The notes under the pieces are model-generated. The model was not told the origin of the DNA and did not search any database. It saw only the letters and a program-made list of their open reading frames with translations. A stretch of 64,000 bases of DNA from Strigamia acuminata (lineage: Eukaryota). Location of the stretch: the NCBI GenBank assembly GCA_949358305.1, contig OX442314.1, forward strand, positions 18,166,001 through 18,230,000. Direction: 5' to 3'. The translations under genes were made by a program, and so were the position numbers. This document shows, in pieces, positions 1-11,200 of this stretch (position 1 is its first letter; every line of letters starts with the position of its first letter).

Positions 1-536
1 ATTTGCTCGTCGAGACATACAAAAACGACATCACCGAGCCGTCTAAACTCGAAAAAGCCGACATTCTCGAACTGACAGTCCGACACTTGAGAGAACTGCG
101 TCAACAACAACGTGTCATCGTCTCTACTCGACGAACCGATGCCAACGATTTTCGTGTCGGCTACAACGAATGTGCCAGCGAAGTGGCCGCTTGTTTGGGA
201 AACATGCCCGGACTCGACACCGGCGTTCGCGCTCGACTTCTCACCCACTTGTCGAAACGCGTCAACACACCAATCACCGTTCGACCATCAATGGACTTGA
301 TTCACGCGTCGGCCCTAACGCCCCCTCCGTCGCCGCGAAGCTGTACAACACCAAGTGATACGGATTCCACGCCTGAACACACCTATCTGATTCCCCAACG
401 CAACGTTACGCCACCACACAGGCCTGCCGAGTACACTTTGCCGGCCGGTTACGTGAGTTTGGCCGTTCTGATGTCCCATAAGGATTCGCATCATCAACAA
501 CAGACCAGTCGTACACCTGTTTGGCGTCCGTGGTAG
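1..536 (+). CDS. E(spl)/HES-family bHLH-Orange transcriptional repressor (5'-truncated by window edge)
   Basis: bHLH helix 2 KLEKADILELTVRHL, Orange domain FRVGYNECASEV...RARLLTHL, LTPPPSP motif and C-terminal Groucho-binding WRPW before TAG. No intron in the visible part. Confidence 0.95.
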   Translation, partial: LLVETYKNDITEPSKLEKADILELTVRHLRELRQQQRVIVSTRRTDANDFRVGYNECASEVAACLGNMPGLDTGVRARLLTHLSKRVNTPITVRPSMDLIHASALTPPPSPRSCTTPSDTDSTPEHTYLIPQRNVTPPHRPAEYTLPAGYVSLAVLMSHKDSHHQQQTSRTPVWRPW

Positions 537-563
537 TGTCCAAGAGGTCTGCTCAAAGCTCTG

Positions 564-571
564 CTGTGATA
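564..571 (+). promoter_or_regulatory. K box (cTGTGATa) miR-2-family target site in the HES 3' UTR
   Basis: Exact CTGTGATA starting 28 nt after the stop codon, with AATAAA at 694-699. K boxes are characteristic of E(spl) 3' UTRs. Confidence 0.75.
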
Positions 572-929
572 AACAGAAACTCGAACATTTTTCACGGACT
601 TGTAAAGCCTTTCCAAAGATAATTTAATACAAATGTTTCTATTTTTTAAACTTTTTTTATGAAAAAAAAAATATCAGTATTTTTAATGTGCAAAATAAAA
701 CCGATTTTTATATGAAAAAAAATTAAATCAAGTTGTCCTATTTCGTTACTTGATTACGAATTCAAAGTGCAAACTGCACATGAACGATTGCGCGTAATTC
801 TCAATTGATAAACATGTTGAGAAAAATATTGTTTAAAAAATAATATCGTGAGTCATCAGGTGCCTCACCTATTCTTTGTAGCCACTGAGCTGTTGCTGGG
901 TCAATCAGGAGGGTAATAACTCGGGGGGC

Positions 930-3900
930 ATCGAACATATGGCTAACAGTGAGGGATACCACCGAGTCACATGCGTGGGAACATCAACAAATGCCACACC
1001 CCAGTGTGCACGTGCCTTTTAACCGCAGTACAAATTCCAGATCGATGTATAGATTGCAATGAGATATCGCTGATTAATCGACAGATATTTTCTACCACCC
1101 ATCTTCCAAATCCGAACCCCACCCATTTCAAATAATTTAAGAGATTGAGATAAACAGACCGTATACACACAGGCGTTGTTTAGTTTAGACAGTGGGCGTT
1201 TTTATTAACTTCAATTGATGTGACATGAAATACATTGATAAATAGTCAAGTGGTCTGTATATATAACTTTAATGCTCTTCACCATTGATTATTCCGATTT
1301 AATCATTAAAAAATACATTGAAACGCATTGGATTGCAATGATATAACGAAATCATAACATTCTTATTGCATTTTTACTCCCTTTCGGTGAAAACAGAATT
1401 CCAAATCTCATTTCCTGGAGTAAAATTGAATACATTTTTATCGATAAATAAATTTTCACAAAATCAGGTGTGGGACGAGTTCTCGTCAATCCAGACTGTG
1501 TGTTGAAGGACGCATTCAGCGCTGTTATGCATCATACACATCGTCACTATGTTTGCAATGTTGCATTGGTTATCTCGCATACCTTGAATCTTTGGACTAA
1601 GTCTAGATAAACATTTCATTTCAATGAAAAAATATATATCACTCTTGTCTCGACTCGAGACTGGTTTGGGTGGGTTCTTGAGTTTGAGTAAAGAATTGGG
1701 TTGAATTTTCCATTCTATTCATGCACAACAGGATTTTAGGGACCAGGATCTTCTTACACCTCTCACCTCAGACTCTCCTTTGGCCTCTATAATCTATGTT
1801 AGCAGAATGTTGGCTGAGGCCAGTCACGTGCAAACTTGCCATCCACTTTAAAAGTTCAAATGACAAACGATAATGTTTTCAAATGCCTACTTACATAGTT
1901 TTTTTGATTTGTATTCTCAAATCATTTTTCATCGCACATCTTTCGTTTTTACGGCAATAAATTAATGTATTAATGCTTTCCTAATCAAGCTGCAATTTAC
2001 CCCATCCGAAATGATGTTGTGGGCAGGTGTTCGCATGCATTACGCAGACCGTGGGAAAGTGTGGAGTCAGCGTGCCATGTGACCTCGAGAATGCGAATCA
2101 TTCGTCAAGGCATGCGCGCTGGATTAAAGATGAAAAATCCAGCACAGCACAATCTAGTATTGTTATTTTAAGCATCTTCTTAAACATGGCACAAAAATAT
2201 CTCAAAAATATTTATAAATTAATAAATACCGTATTTTCAAAACGGGCATCCTGAGCCGCGGTTCTTAATCGAGGGCAGTTCTTATTACAATTGTTTACCA
2301 TATTTTGATTAAAATTTCAATTTTTTGATTGAAATTTCAATTTTTTCCATTAAAATTGCCATTTTTTTGATTGAAATTTCACTGTTTTCATTACAATTTT
2401 ATTTTTCTCAGTGAAATTTTAATTTTTTCCATTGAAATTTTACTTTTTTTTTAAATTTTTTATCTAAATAACCATCATCATCGACGAATGTTTCATTAAC
2501 CGTTTCCTGTTTGGTTTACAAAACCATCAAATAGTAGCCGCTACTACAAAACGAGGGCGACTCTTAATCGAGAAAATACGGTACATTTTTTTCATGAGTT
2601 TTCAGAAAATCTATTTTTCGTTTAAAAACATAAGGTTTACTAAAAAAAAACCACTTCTTTTTGAATAATCAACGAAACAACTTTACAACTAGAGGGAACT
2701 GATGGTTAAATGAAAACAAAGTTCCCTTAAGGCACGCTTTAGAACCGTGTAAACCCATTTTGGCACGTGCCCTAATTGACCTTGAAAGTTCCCTCCAGGA
2801 TAAATGACTCAAGTCCAAGTCCCTCTCAGAAAAAGACATTCGCCAAATAAGTTTCAATTTCTTTCTCCAATTACGTTTGTTCATCGTTTGAAAATGTGGG
2901 AATAAAGACTAAAAGCTCACCTTTAAGGTCCCGTGCAATTCGAGTAACAATAAGAGAAAAAGCAATAAAACTGCAAGAAATTTATATCTCAATCAAAATT
3001 TGCTCTCCGAATTTAATCGCAATGTTTATGCGATCGCTCGTGTGCCTCGCGTGGCATCAAGTGAGGCCCGAGGGGGCGTGTGTCTTGCACGGGCAGGTGT
3101 GTGTTGGCCGCGTGTCCGTGGGAAACGGCGGCAGCTCCACTTCCCAGTACATTCCATTAGTTGCCAAACAGCTGGGGCGCACGCGCATCAGCACAACCCA
3201 CCTCGACCCTCTTTTTATCTCCCCCACATGAACATCCAATTTCTCACACGACCCAAACTATTAAAAACTCATAGACACTAACCAGCGTTTCATCAATCCA
3301 ACTTAAAAATAATAAAAACAATAAAAATATTAAGCGACAAATTTTCTTCTTTTATTCCACTTGCCAACCACACGGCCGCGGGTTAAGTGATAAGCGAAAC
3401 CGCACCCACACATTGTACTTAACCCTTTGCATACAAATTACACCCGCCCTCGCAATTGCAGCATGGAATGATGTCATCAGAACTCATTTCGGAGCAGCTG
3501 TTTCTGAAAAAGACGCTTTGATTTCTTTTTGCCCGCAAGCAAAACCAGTCACCGTGGGAAAGTGACCGGGAGCAGCTTCTCATAGCACTGGAAGCACGCG
3601 CGACCCTGGGGCGTCCCTCACATGTGGGGGCTTTTTGGGCGGCGCACACAATAATCAAACGGTGTCTCGTGCAAGGATGATGAGTGAATGAGAAACTAAT
3701 TATTGCACGAGGCAATAGAATAAAGTTTAAGTATCCCCTGATTTAATTTGAAAATCCCACTATTTTGTGTCTCCCAGCAAAAACACTTTAGCTTCAGACA
3801 GGAGCAATTGAAGCAGCAGTTTCTTTAATTGCTGTTGAAAACATAAAAGATGATAAAAAGAAAAATTTTAAATGAGATGGCCCTGATTCTTTAGTGTTGC

Positions 3901-5360
3901 CTGGAAAAAAAAATAGTTAATCATATAACGTTGTTTTTCATCATTTTTTTTCTCTGTAAAATTGTTGTCTGCCGAGTAATAATCCAATTAAACTCTAACC
4001 TTGCAAATTAAGCTTCATGAGGCTGATTGGGCTTAATTTTATTTTTAAACCGTGAGATAATTTTTGCATTTATATGTTGCATCGTATTCTGGGGATTTTA
4101 AATTATTTTTTTTTACATGGTTTCTATAATTCTTCATCATTAAAGTCAATATTTCGTCAATTTAGAGGCCCGTAACTTGGAACCCGGCCAAAAAGTCCAG
4201 TCATTGGTCAATTGTGTATTGCATTATCACGCATTATTGAATTGGATTGGATAGCCAGACTCCGTCATTGTCGGAACCCTCACTTTAGCATAATTCGATC
4301 AACCGAGCCAATAGGCCTCTTGTTGTTGAAACATGTTGTCCTTTCTTTGCTATTGGTCAAGATATTTTTGAAAAAAGGGAAGAGAGACGTCATAATAGAA
4401 TATTATTTTAAATTTCATAAACTTATACATATTAAACAAACTACCAACAATCACTTGTTCAATTGAAAAGGTTTATTATCATCACCTACTCACGCTTTCG
4501 ATTGCAAAACCCAAAACAAAACTTAAAAAAATTGAAGATCCATCGCATTTACTATAAAAAATGATTAAATCCCGGATTAAACAGACGTCCAGTCGTCCGC
4601 GTGAACATATGGCAACATAGTCACATGCCATGCACGAGTTTGTAAGCACATGCACGTGCTATCACACGATTCGAGGCACTAGCGTGGGAATTTGCATCCG
4701 TTCCCACGGTAGAAGCGTGAGGCAGCACGCGCACCTGCCTATTGCCATAAATTTCACTATATACCGGAGACTCGTGAATTGCGATGCATAATATTTTCGC
4801 ATTTATATTCATTCCGCAGTTATTACACACCGAACGCAACATTTTTCATGAAAACCATGGCATAACAACAATGTTTTAATTTCCCGATGTGGTAATAAAA
4901 CCCTGGTCATCTCAATACGCATGAGAAAACACTGGAAATAGAGACAGAAATAAAAGAATACACGCTTCCCCCGTTTTTACAATCCAAACTGCCTTTTCCC
5001 TTGTAGCTGGTAATTGGGAAATAAAGTAGTAACTGCTCATAAAATCAATTAAGATGCAAAAGACAAGATTCGTATTGTCCAAATCCAAAATTACGCAGCC
5101 AGACTCCAGAGAAAACCTACAGCTATTCATTCTATTCTTTTCTCCCCCCAAATCTTTTCCCTTGTGCCCAATTTCAACTTATTCATACGACACATTCCAA
5201 GACATTGAAGAAGAGTATTGCGAGGGGGGTTTTAGGGTGGTGAACCCAGGCACGTGTTAAAGAAGCGTGCCCCCTCTCCCCCTTAGGCAAGGATTCCAAA
5301 AGAAAAGTGAAGTCGTTCAAGAGGCTTTTCAGACGACCGATGTCTGAAGACATTCCCACG
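930..5360. promoter_or_regulatory. Cluster of Su(H)/CSL sites and E-boxes (candidate Notch-responsive enhancers)
   Basis: YGTGRGAA at 974, 2050, 2895, 3117, 3241(-), 3553, 4683, 4701(-) and 5353(-). GCAGGTG at 2023, 3093 and ~4732(-). TGGCACGTGCC at 2761, plus CACGAG and CACGCG sites. Confidence 0.75.
2229..2581. mobile_element. Tc1/mariner-pogo-type MITE
   Basis: TIRs CCGTATTTTC...GAAAATACGG flanked by TA on both sides, subterminal TCTTAATCGAG repeats, and an AT-rich repetitive interior with no ORF. Confidence 0.75.
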
Positions 5361-6345
5361 CTGACTCTCATCTTATGACTACGAGCAGCAAATACCTATT
5401 AGTGCTATTAGGCCTTAAACTTCTTGATGTGAAATGGCATCCCCCTGTCGTTATTCTAACGTTTTACATTTAAAAGTTATTTGCTTTTCAAGGGTATTTA
5501 TAATGTATGTTTATATTATTTTTTTTTCAATGTAAATATTTGTGTTTCAATTCAATGAATCAAACAGAGTGGATTGGTGAGTAATAATAAGTCTGGGTCA
5601 TCGGGTAATCGAACACCTGTCGTGTATTATGCTAAGGATCGTGATTTCTTTCAACTTGGAGTGGTGGCTCATTGATTCGAGCCACAGGTGTCGGCGTCCC
5701 GTCATTTACTCAACCACTGGCGTGACTCTTTTAGCCTTGTTTTGAACTCGAAATGACAACTGTGTCTTTTCACATCACTGGGTGCACAAATATTCCCTTA
5801 CGCAAAAAAGTCGGGAAGAAAAAGATGTAAAAAGAATTGTAAAAAAACATACAAAAAATAAAATAAAATAAATCTGTTCACCGTAACGAACTCATTTTTT
5901 ATTTGAGTGTCTTTATTCTTTTGTTTTTCGTAATAAACGCAGAATGAAGCAAAAACACAAACCGAAGCAATCACATCAGCTATAGTTTTTTTTATAACAA
6001 GTAAGCATTTTAACCCAAAACATTTTCCCCGGCTCCGGCATAGGAGAGAATGTAGCGCCATCTTTGAACTGAAAACGTCACTACGGCGGCAAACTAAAAT
6101 TCTATTTACAATATTTATCAATGAATTACCGGTAGTCAAACATACAAACTATTTTGTAATTATTTTTGTTTTTAATTTTTTAAAATTCTGTACATCCCGG
6201 AAAATGGGCAAAGCTGAAATAAAAAGACTGAAACCAGGGTGTTGGTCGCAAACTAGACAATTTAAAAAAATGGCGGCAGCGTGGCTCATGGCTACAGAAA
6301 AATAAATAGTGCTCCCATCACAAACACAAGGTTTGTTCATTCGTA

Positions 6346-7056
6346 ATGGCATCAAGCTCGAAACGTTTAAAACTTAGTCGTCGGAAAAATAATCCACAGC
6401 CTGACATAACTCAAAGCAATGAGAATTCCGTTCAAATTGAAACGTCGACATCGTCGAGTCGGTTTGTTAACGATTTAAATTCGATAACTTTCTAGATTGT
6501 TACAATATTTCATACAGAGACAACGGGGATCAAAACCAACACACAACGATCGAGACTACTGTTTCATCATCACTTCAAAATTTGAGGGAGAAACTTAAAG
6601 AAAGCTTACCTAAGTTACCAAACTGGAGGAAGTTCGCAGGTTTTCCAGACGGAGCAGGCGAAAACTTCCCGAGCGAAACTAATAAAGATCTCGCATCTGA
6701 GGACGAGAGTTGCCAAGTACACTTACTCGTGCAATAGTATTGTTGTGTTAATATCTAACTTGGTTTTTTTTCTTACAAGGAGGAACGTATTGCTTCTTTC
6801 TCGAGAGAAACATCGACCGTTGAAGCTCAAATTAAACCACCAGGAGAAGAAACTCCAACAAAAAATCTCTTTATTGAACAGTGCCCATTATGTCCACTGT
6901 ATTTTCCTCATGAGTGCGTATTTTTTTTTGTTTTGTTTGCTTTTTGTATTTAAAAAAAAATCGATTTTATCATCAACTGTTTGTTGTTTCAGTTGGGATC
7001 AACAGCAGATCCAGTCCCACGTGTCCACTCATCTAGATGCGGAGGATTTTGATTGA
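6346..7056 (+). CDS. Small (170 aa) protein with C-terminal UBZ zinc finger, FAAP20-like
   Basis: Exons 6346-6461, 6518-6716, 6780-6913 and 6993-7056 with GT-AG introns give one open frame: MASSSKRLKLSRRKN...EQCPLCPLYFPHDWDQQQIQSHVSTHLDAEDFD*. Confidence 0.8.
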
Positions 7057-8283
7057 ATCATTTGTAAAATAATATCTTAAAGAAGCAAGTAACAAATTAT
7101 ATTCATTTTAATTTCACTTCGGATTCCATAATTTCGTTAATAATCTATAATATCTCAGTTCACTTTGCATCAACAATCATATAATCAAAAAATATTTTCA
7201 CAACTTAGCTGAAAAATAAAACCTATATAACATTATTACACGCAGGGATTGATTCTGTAGAAAAGTACTAAGCACAACATACTTATCTGCTTATAAAACT
7301 AACTTCAATCTTTTCTATAAAATGTGTTTTACCGTAACATTTCGCTTTTAATATTTCGTAATAATAGTTATAACCTAAATGCTACACCTCGCCCCTGTAC
7401 TAATGAATCTTCCGTAGTATTACCTTCACGTAAACACGTTAAATTATATTAGAATGGGAGAAATTTGGCAAAATGTGATGAAACTTATTTAGCTGTGCGA
7501 CGTTTCTTTTAATTAGATAAGCAAGTATCTGGCACTAATGGCGAACCGCAACCACAACGAATAAAAAATTTTGGTTAACAAAATAATACAACCAGAAAGA
7601 AAAAATTTCCCATATACAAACAAAATGGCGGTAATTATAATTAATTAAATAACATAAAAGTCGTCTTCAAACAATATAACAAATTAATTAGCTAAATATA
7701 CATATTTAATGGAATAATATAGTTCAGTGTGTCCATTTTTTTGCGGTGAAATACCCTTATGACATAGTATATGATCTCGAAATAATTTCAACATCTGATA
7801 TGTAGGCCATGATGTGCTCGTAATGGGGGAGTACCCGTACAGCAAATCCTTTTGTCAGTATATCATGATTAAAATTTTCTTATATATTAATTTTGGATTA
7901 GAAACTAAAAATTTTAATTTAAAAAAACGATATGCCCTTTCAACTTGTGCTAGTTGATACGCGGCGATCAAAATCGTTATTCAAAATATATTAATTATTG
8001 GTTGTGTTAATATAATTAATGCTTTTATTTCTTCTCGACTTTTATTTATAATTTTTTCCACTACTGTTGAAAGTAAATAGTAAATTTTTAAAAAATAATT
8101 AGCTTCTAATTAAATCTGTTCCATAAACATCCCAAAATTCAGTTGAAGTTTACGTGACATGCTTTTTTCCAGTCCAATTGTGTTTACTCTTGTCATCGGA
8201 GCCAGGCGTGATGAAGATGGATGATTGATGCGTACAAACGTGTGATTGATTGGCAAAAAAGTATATTCAAATAGTTTCCTCCA

Positions 8284-11200
8284 TCAAACAACAGTTTCGG
8301 GTTCCTCTTCTTCATCCACATCGACTTTATGCTCTTTTGCCAAGTGCCTTTGACGTCGGCGCTGACTGGGGGACCCAAAAACAGAGTCCTCCTCTTCAAG
8401 AAATGGCTGCTGCTCTTCTTTGGGGTCTCCGTTCGGGTCTCCGTTCGGGTCGTCGTGCGGGTCGTCGTGGTCATTTTCGCTTTCCGTTATGGTATCCAAG
8501 GGCGCGGATTTCAGCTCCATGTCACCCATAGAACTTCTCGAGCCGGACGAACGCTCACTGTCCACGGACGAGGCGCTGCCGTTGCTTCTCAACGCAACCA
8601 ATTGACGGTGCAGAGGAACAGCAGAAGCGCCAGCTGCACCTTGAGACAAGTTTGCGTCATCCATCGTCTGCGCCTTGCCCATGCCTTGTTTACGTCGTTG
8701 CCGCGCCTTTTCGACCAAAAGATCACTGGGAGTAGCTAAAGACTGCGACCTCGATCGGTCCCCGTGTGCCATGCGTCCCATCGCATCAGACGACTCCTCG
8801 GCTATCTGGCTTAAATCCGTCCGACTGCTCTGGTTAGACGTTGTGGGCGAAAGGGCAGCCATGGTCAAACGTCGTGCGCGTAATCTGCGCATGCGAAGTT
8901 GTTCCCCTATCTCCTGTTCGTCGTCACGAATCAGATTGGGGTTATATTTTTGATGAAACTGAAAAAAATCCATTAATCAATCACAATAAGTCAGCTTTGG
9001 GGATAGTAATAAGCTTAAACTGCACTCAGCACTAGCAAATTACGTGATAATTTTCTAAAAAGCTTTTAAAATTTTGTTTGGAGCATTTGATGGTATTGAT
9101 AGTTGACGCAGGAAATTATTTTGCTCCAAAATAAAATAAGTTGTTAAATAAATACCGAGGGAATTGAGAAAAAAAATTTTTTGATCCTAAAAGAGCGGAA
9201 AAATGGGATTGGAAAGTTACACGACTCTTAACAAAAGTGCAGAGATTACATTGACATTGACAGCAAGTAAGCAACAACTCAACATAAAACGCTCAGCTAT
9301 AAGCCTTTAGAGGTTTGGGCCCGCTCCAAAACCCCCAACTAACAAATGGTTTTTCAATGCGACAACATGTCCTCGTATCTCGACAGCGGTCGTTTCCTGT
9401 ATTAGTCTATTTTGCTGTTGTGTTGTCGGTGTTTTATTGCCATCTGCTATCTTATTTCTAATTTTTTTTTTTTTTTTTTATGGGAACATTCAGACATTAA
9501 TGTTGTTCGTTCGATGGTTTATTTCATTTTGGTTGTAATATTTACTGCAGACTCATCGCAAAACAGCTATGACTAATATGGAAACACATGTAGACAGGAG
9601 TAATTATAGTTACTTTATTATAGTAGTTATCTCTCAGTGCTCTTCGTAGAGTAACTGCCGCTTGCATGCTGTCCATCAGTAGCGGTGAAGCCACCGTCTG
9701 TCCGACACCGACCAGCGTTTGGGCGATCATGCTCACTTTCCCTTTGGGTTTAACGGCGTTGTCAAATATAGAAGGTGCAAACGGGCATGATGGTCCTTCT
9801 GTGTAAAGTAACAAAAATATCCCTTATTTACATAATAGTCATTTAAACAATATTTTTAAACTGCTTGTCTCGATCTAACTTCAAAAATAGCGACCAACTT
9901 AGTCTGTTTTCTTAGTCTGTTTTTAAACAATGTGCCTGCTGTCAATGTTTCACTTACTCGTGCTGGCTTTGGTGCTTTTCTTCTTCGACGGTTGCTTTAT
10001 AGGAATAGGTTCTATTGGCACGGGTTTTTTCATTTCTACGTGCAATTCGTCTTGATCAGGGTCAAAAGAACTAATAACGCAATTAGACAAGAGGGCATTA
10101 GTACAAGGTAATGTTAATGTCAACACTTGACCGTACTTCTGAAGAATTATTTTCTTTTCATCGTCTGTCGCCGAAGCTCCATAGAGGTGAGCGTAATGGT
10201 CCCTAAAAATAGAAGTGGGTCAAACAATCAGTCAGTGAATCAGTAAAGAGAAAGAAAGGAAAGAAAAAACTTACTGTATAGCTATTTTTTCGTACACCTT
10301 AGTCAGATTGCTTCCATCTGTAGTTGAGCGTTGCAGCCATTTCTTGAGGTATTTCTCGTCGTAGCGATAAATGAGCAATTTTATGTAATTCTCTCCTCGT
10401 TCACCTGCTATTTCTTCAATACCTGCCATGACCTGGTCGATTAGCTGTAATGGAGGTTGTTGTTATGTACTAATGCGACAATATACTCGTCTTTAATGAC
10501 CGGGGACTAAAGATAATTAGCTATTTCTCGCCTAACGAGTTAATTTTATTGTTAGTTATGATCGATACGTGATAAAGGGAGTCTGCTGCGGAACAAGAGA
10601 GGGAAAAAATAGAAAAAAAGAGCATTACTGCTATATTAATTAAATTTTGATTTTGATGGTATTTATATTCACATAAATCGTCAAATCAAAATGAAGGCAA
10701 TGATGCAAAAATAAAAAATAGATGGAAATAGATAAAGAATGTTTACAGAAAACAAAGACAAGAATAAATAAAACAAACAAAAAAAATCGAAAATCGATTT
10801 TCTCATATATACGAGTACGTAATTTGTTTTTTTTTGTAACGCTTACCACAAAAAAAAATATTAATGTTAAGTCAAAGAAGTCTGTGCATTTTGCATACAG
10901 CCTTTCAATGTAATTACTTTTCAATCATTACATTACTTACTGAACTAGATAATTCATGCAAATGGTTGACGAATGAATGGGAAGTTATTTATAAAATGAG
11001 GCTTTCATACTGAGAGCAATATTTCAAGCTATTAAAAATTGTTCCAAGGTTTTTTTCCATATAATTTTTAAAAAAATTAATTGTAGTGGACTACCGCAAG
11101 CACTTAACATGAATTAAATGGTTAAAAAATTATGTCTTTCTCATAGTTTCATTACTATAATGGTTAGAATAATTTATTTTAGAATGTTGCAGTTAAAGAG

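Noticed and set aside
3995..4001. CTAACCT as a possible TTAGG telomerase template
   Set aside because: A 7-mer expected by chance, over 1 kb from the structured domains, with no adjacent pseudoknot seen.
5568..5720. RNase P/MRP, 7SL, 7SK or hammerhead identity for the structured segment
   Set aside because: Required conserved motifs (CR-I/CR-V pair, Alu/S-domain motifs, CUGANGA plus GAAA in the right order) were not found by eye.
8193..8953. Overlapping ORFs on both strands over the last NHE exon (also at 15359-15897)
   Set aside because: Shadow frames of GC-rich coding exons with no independent motifs.
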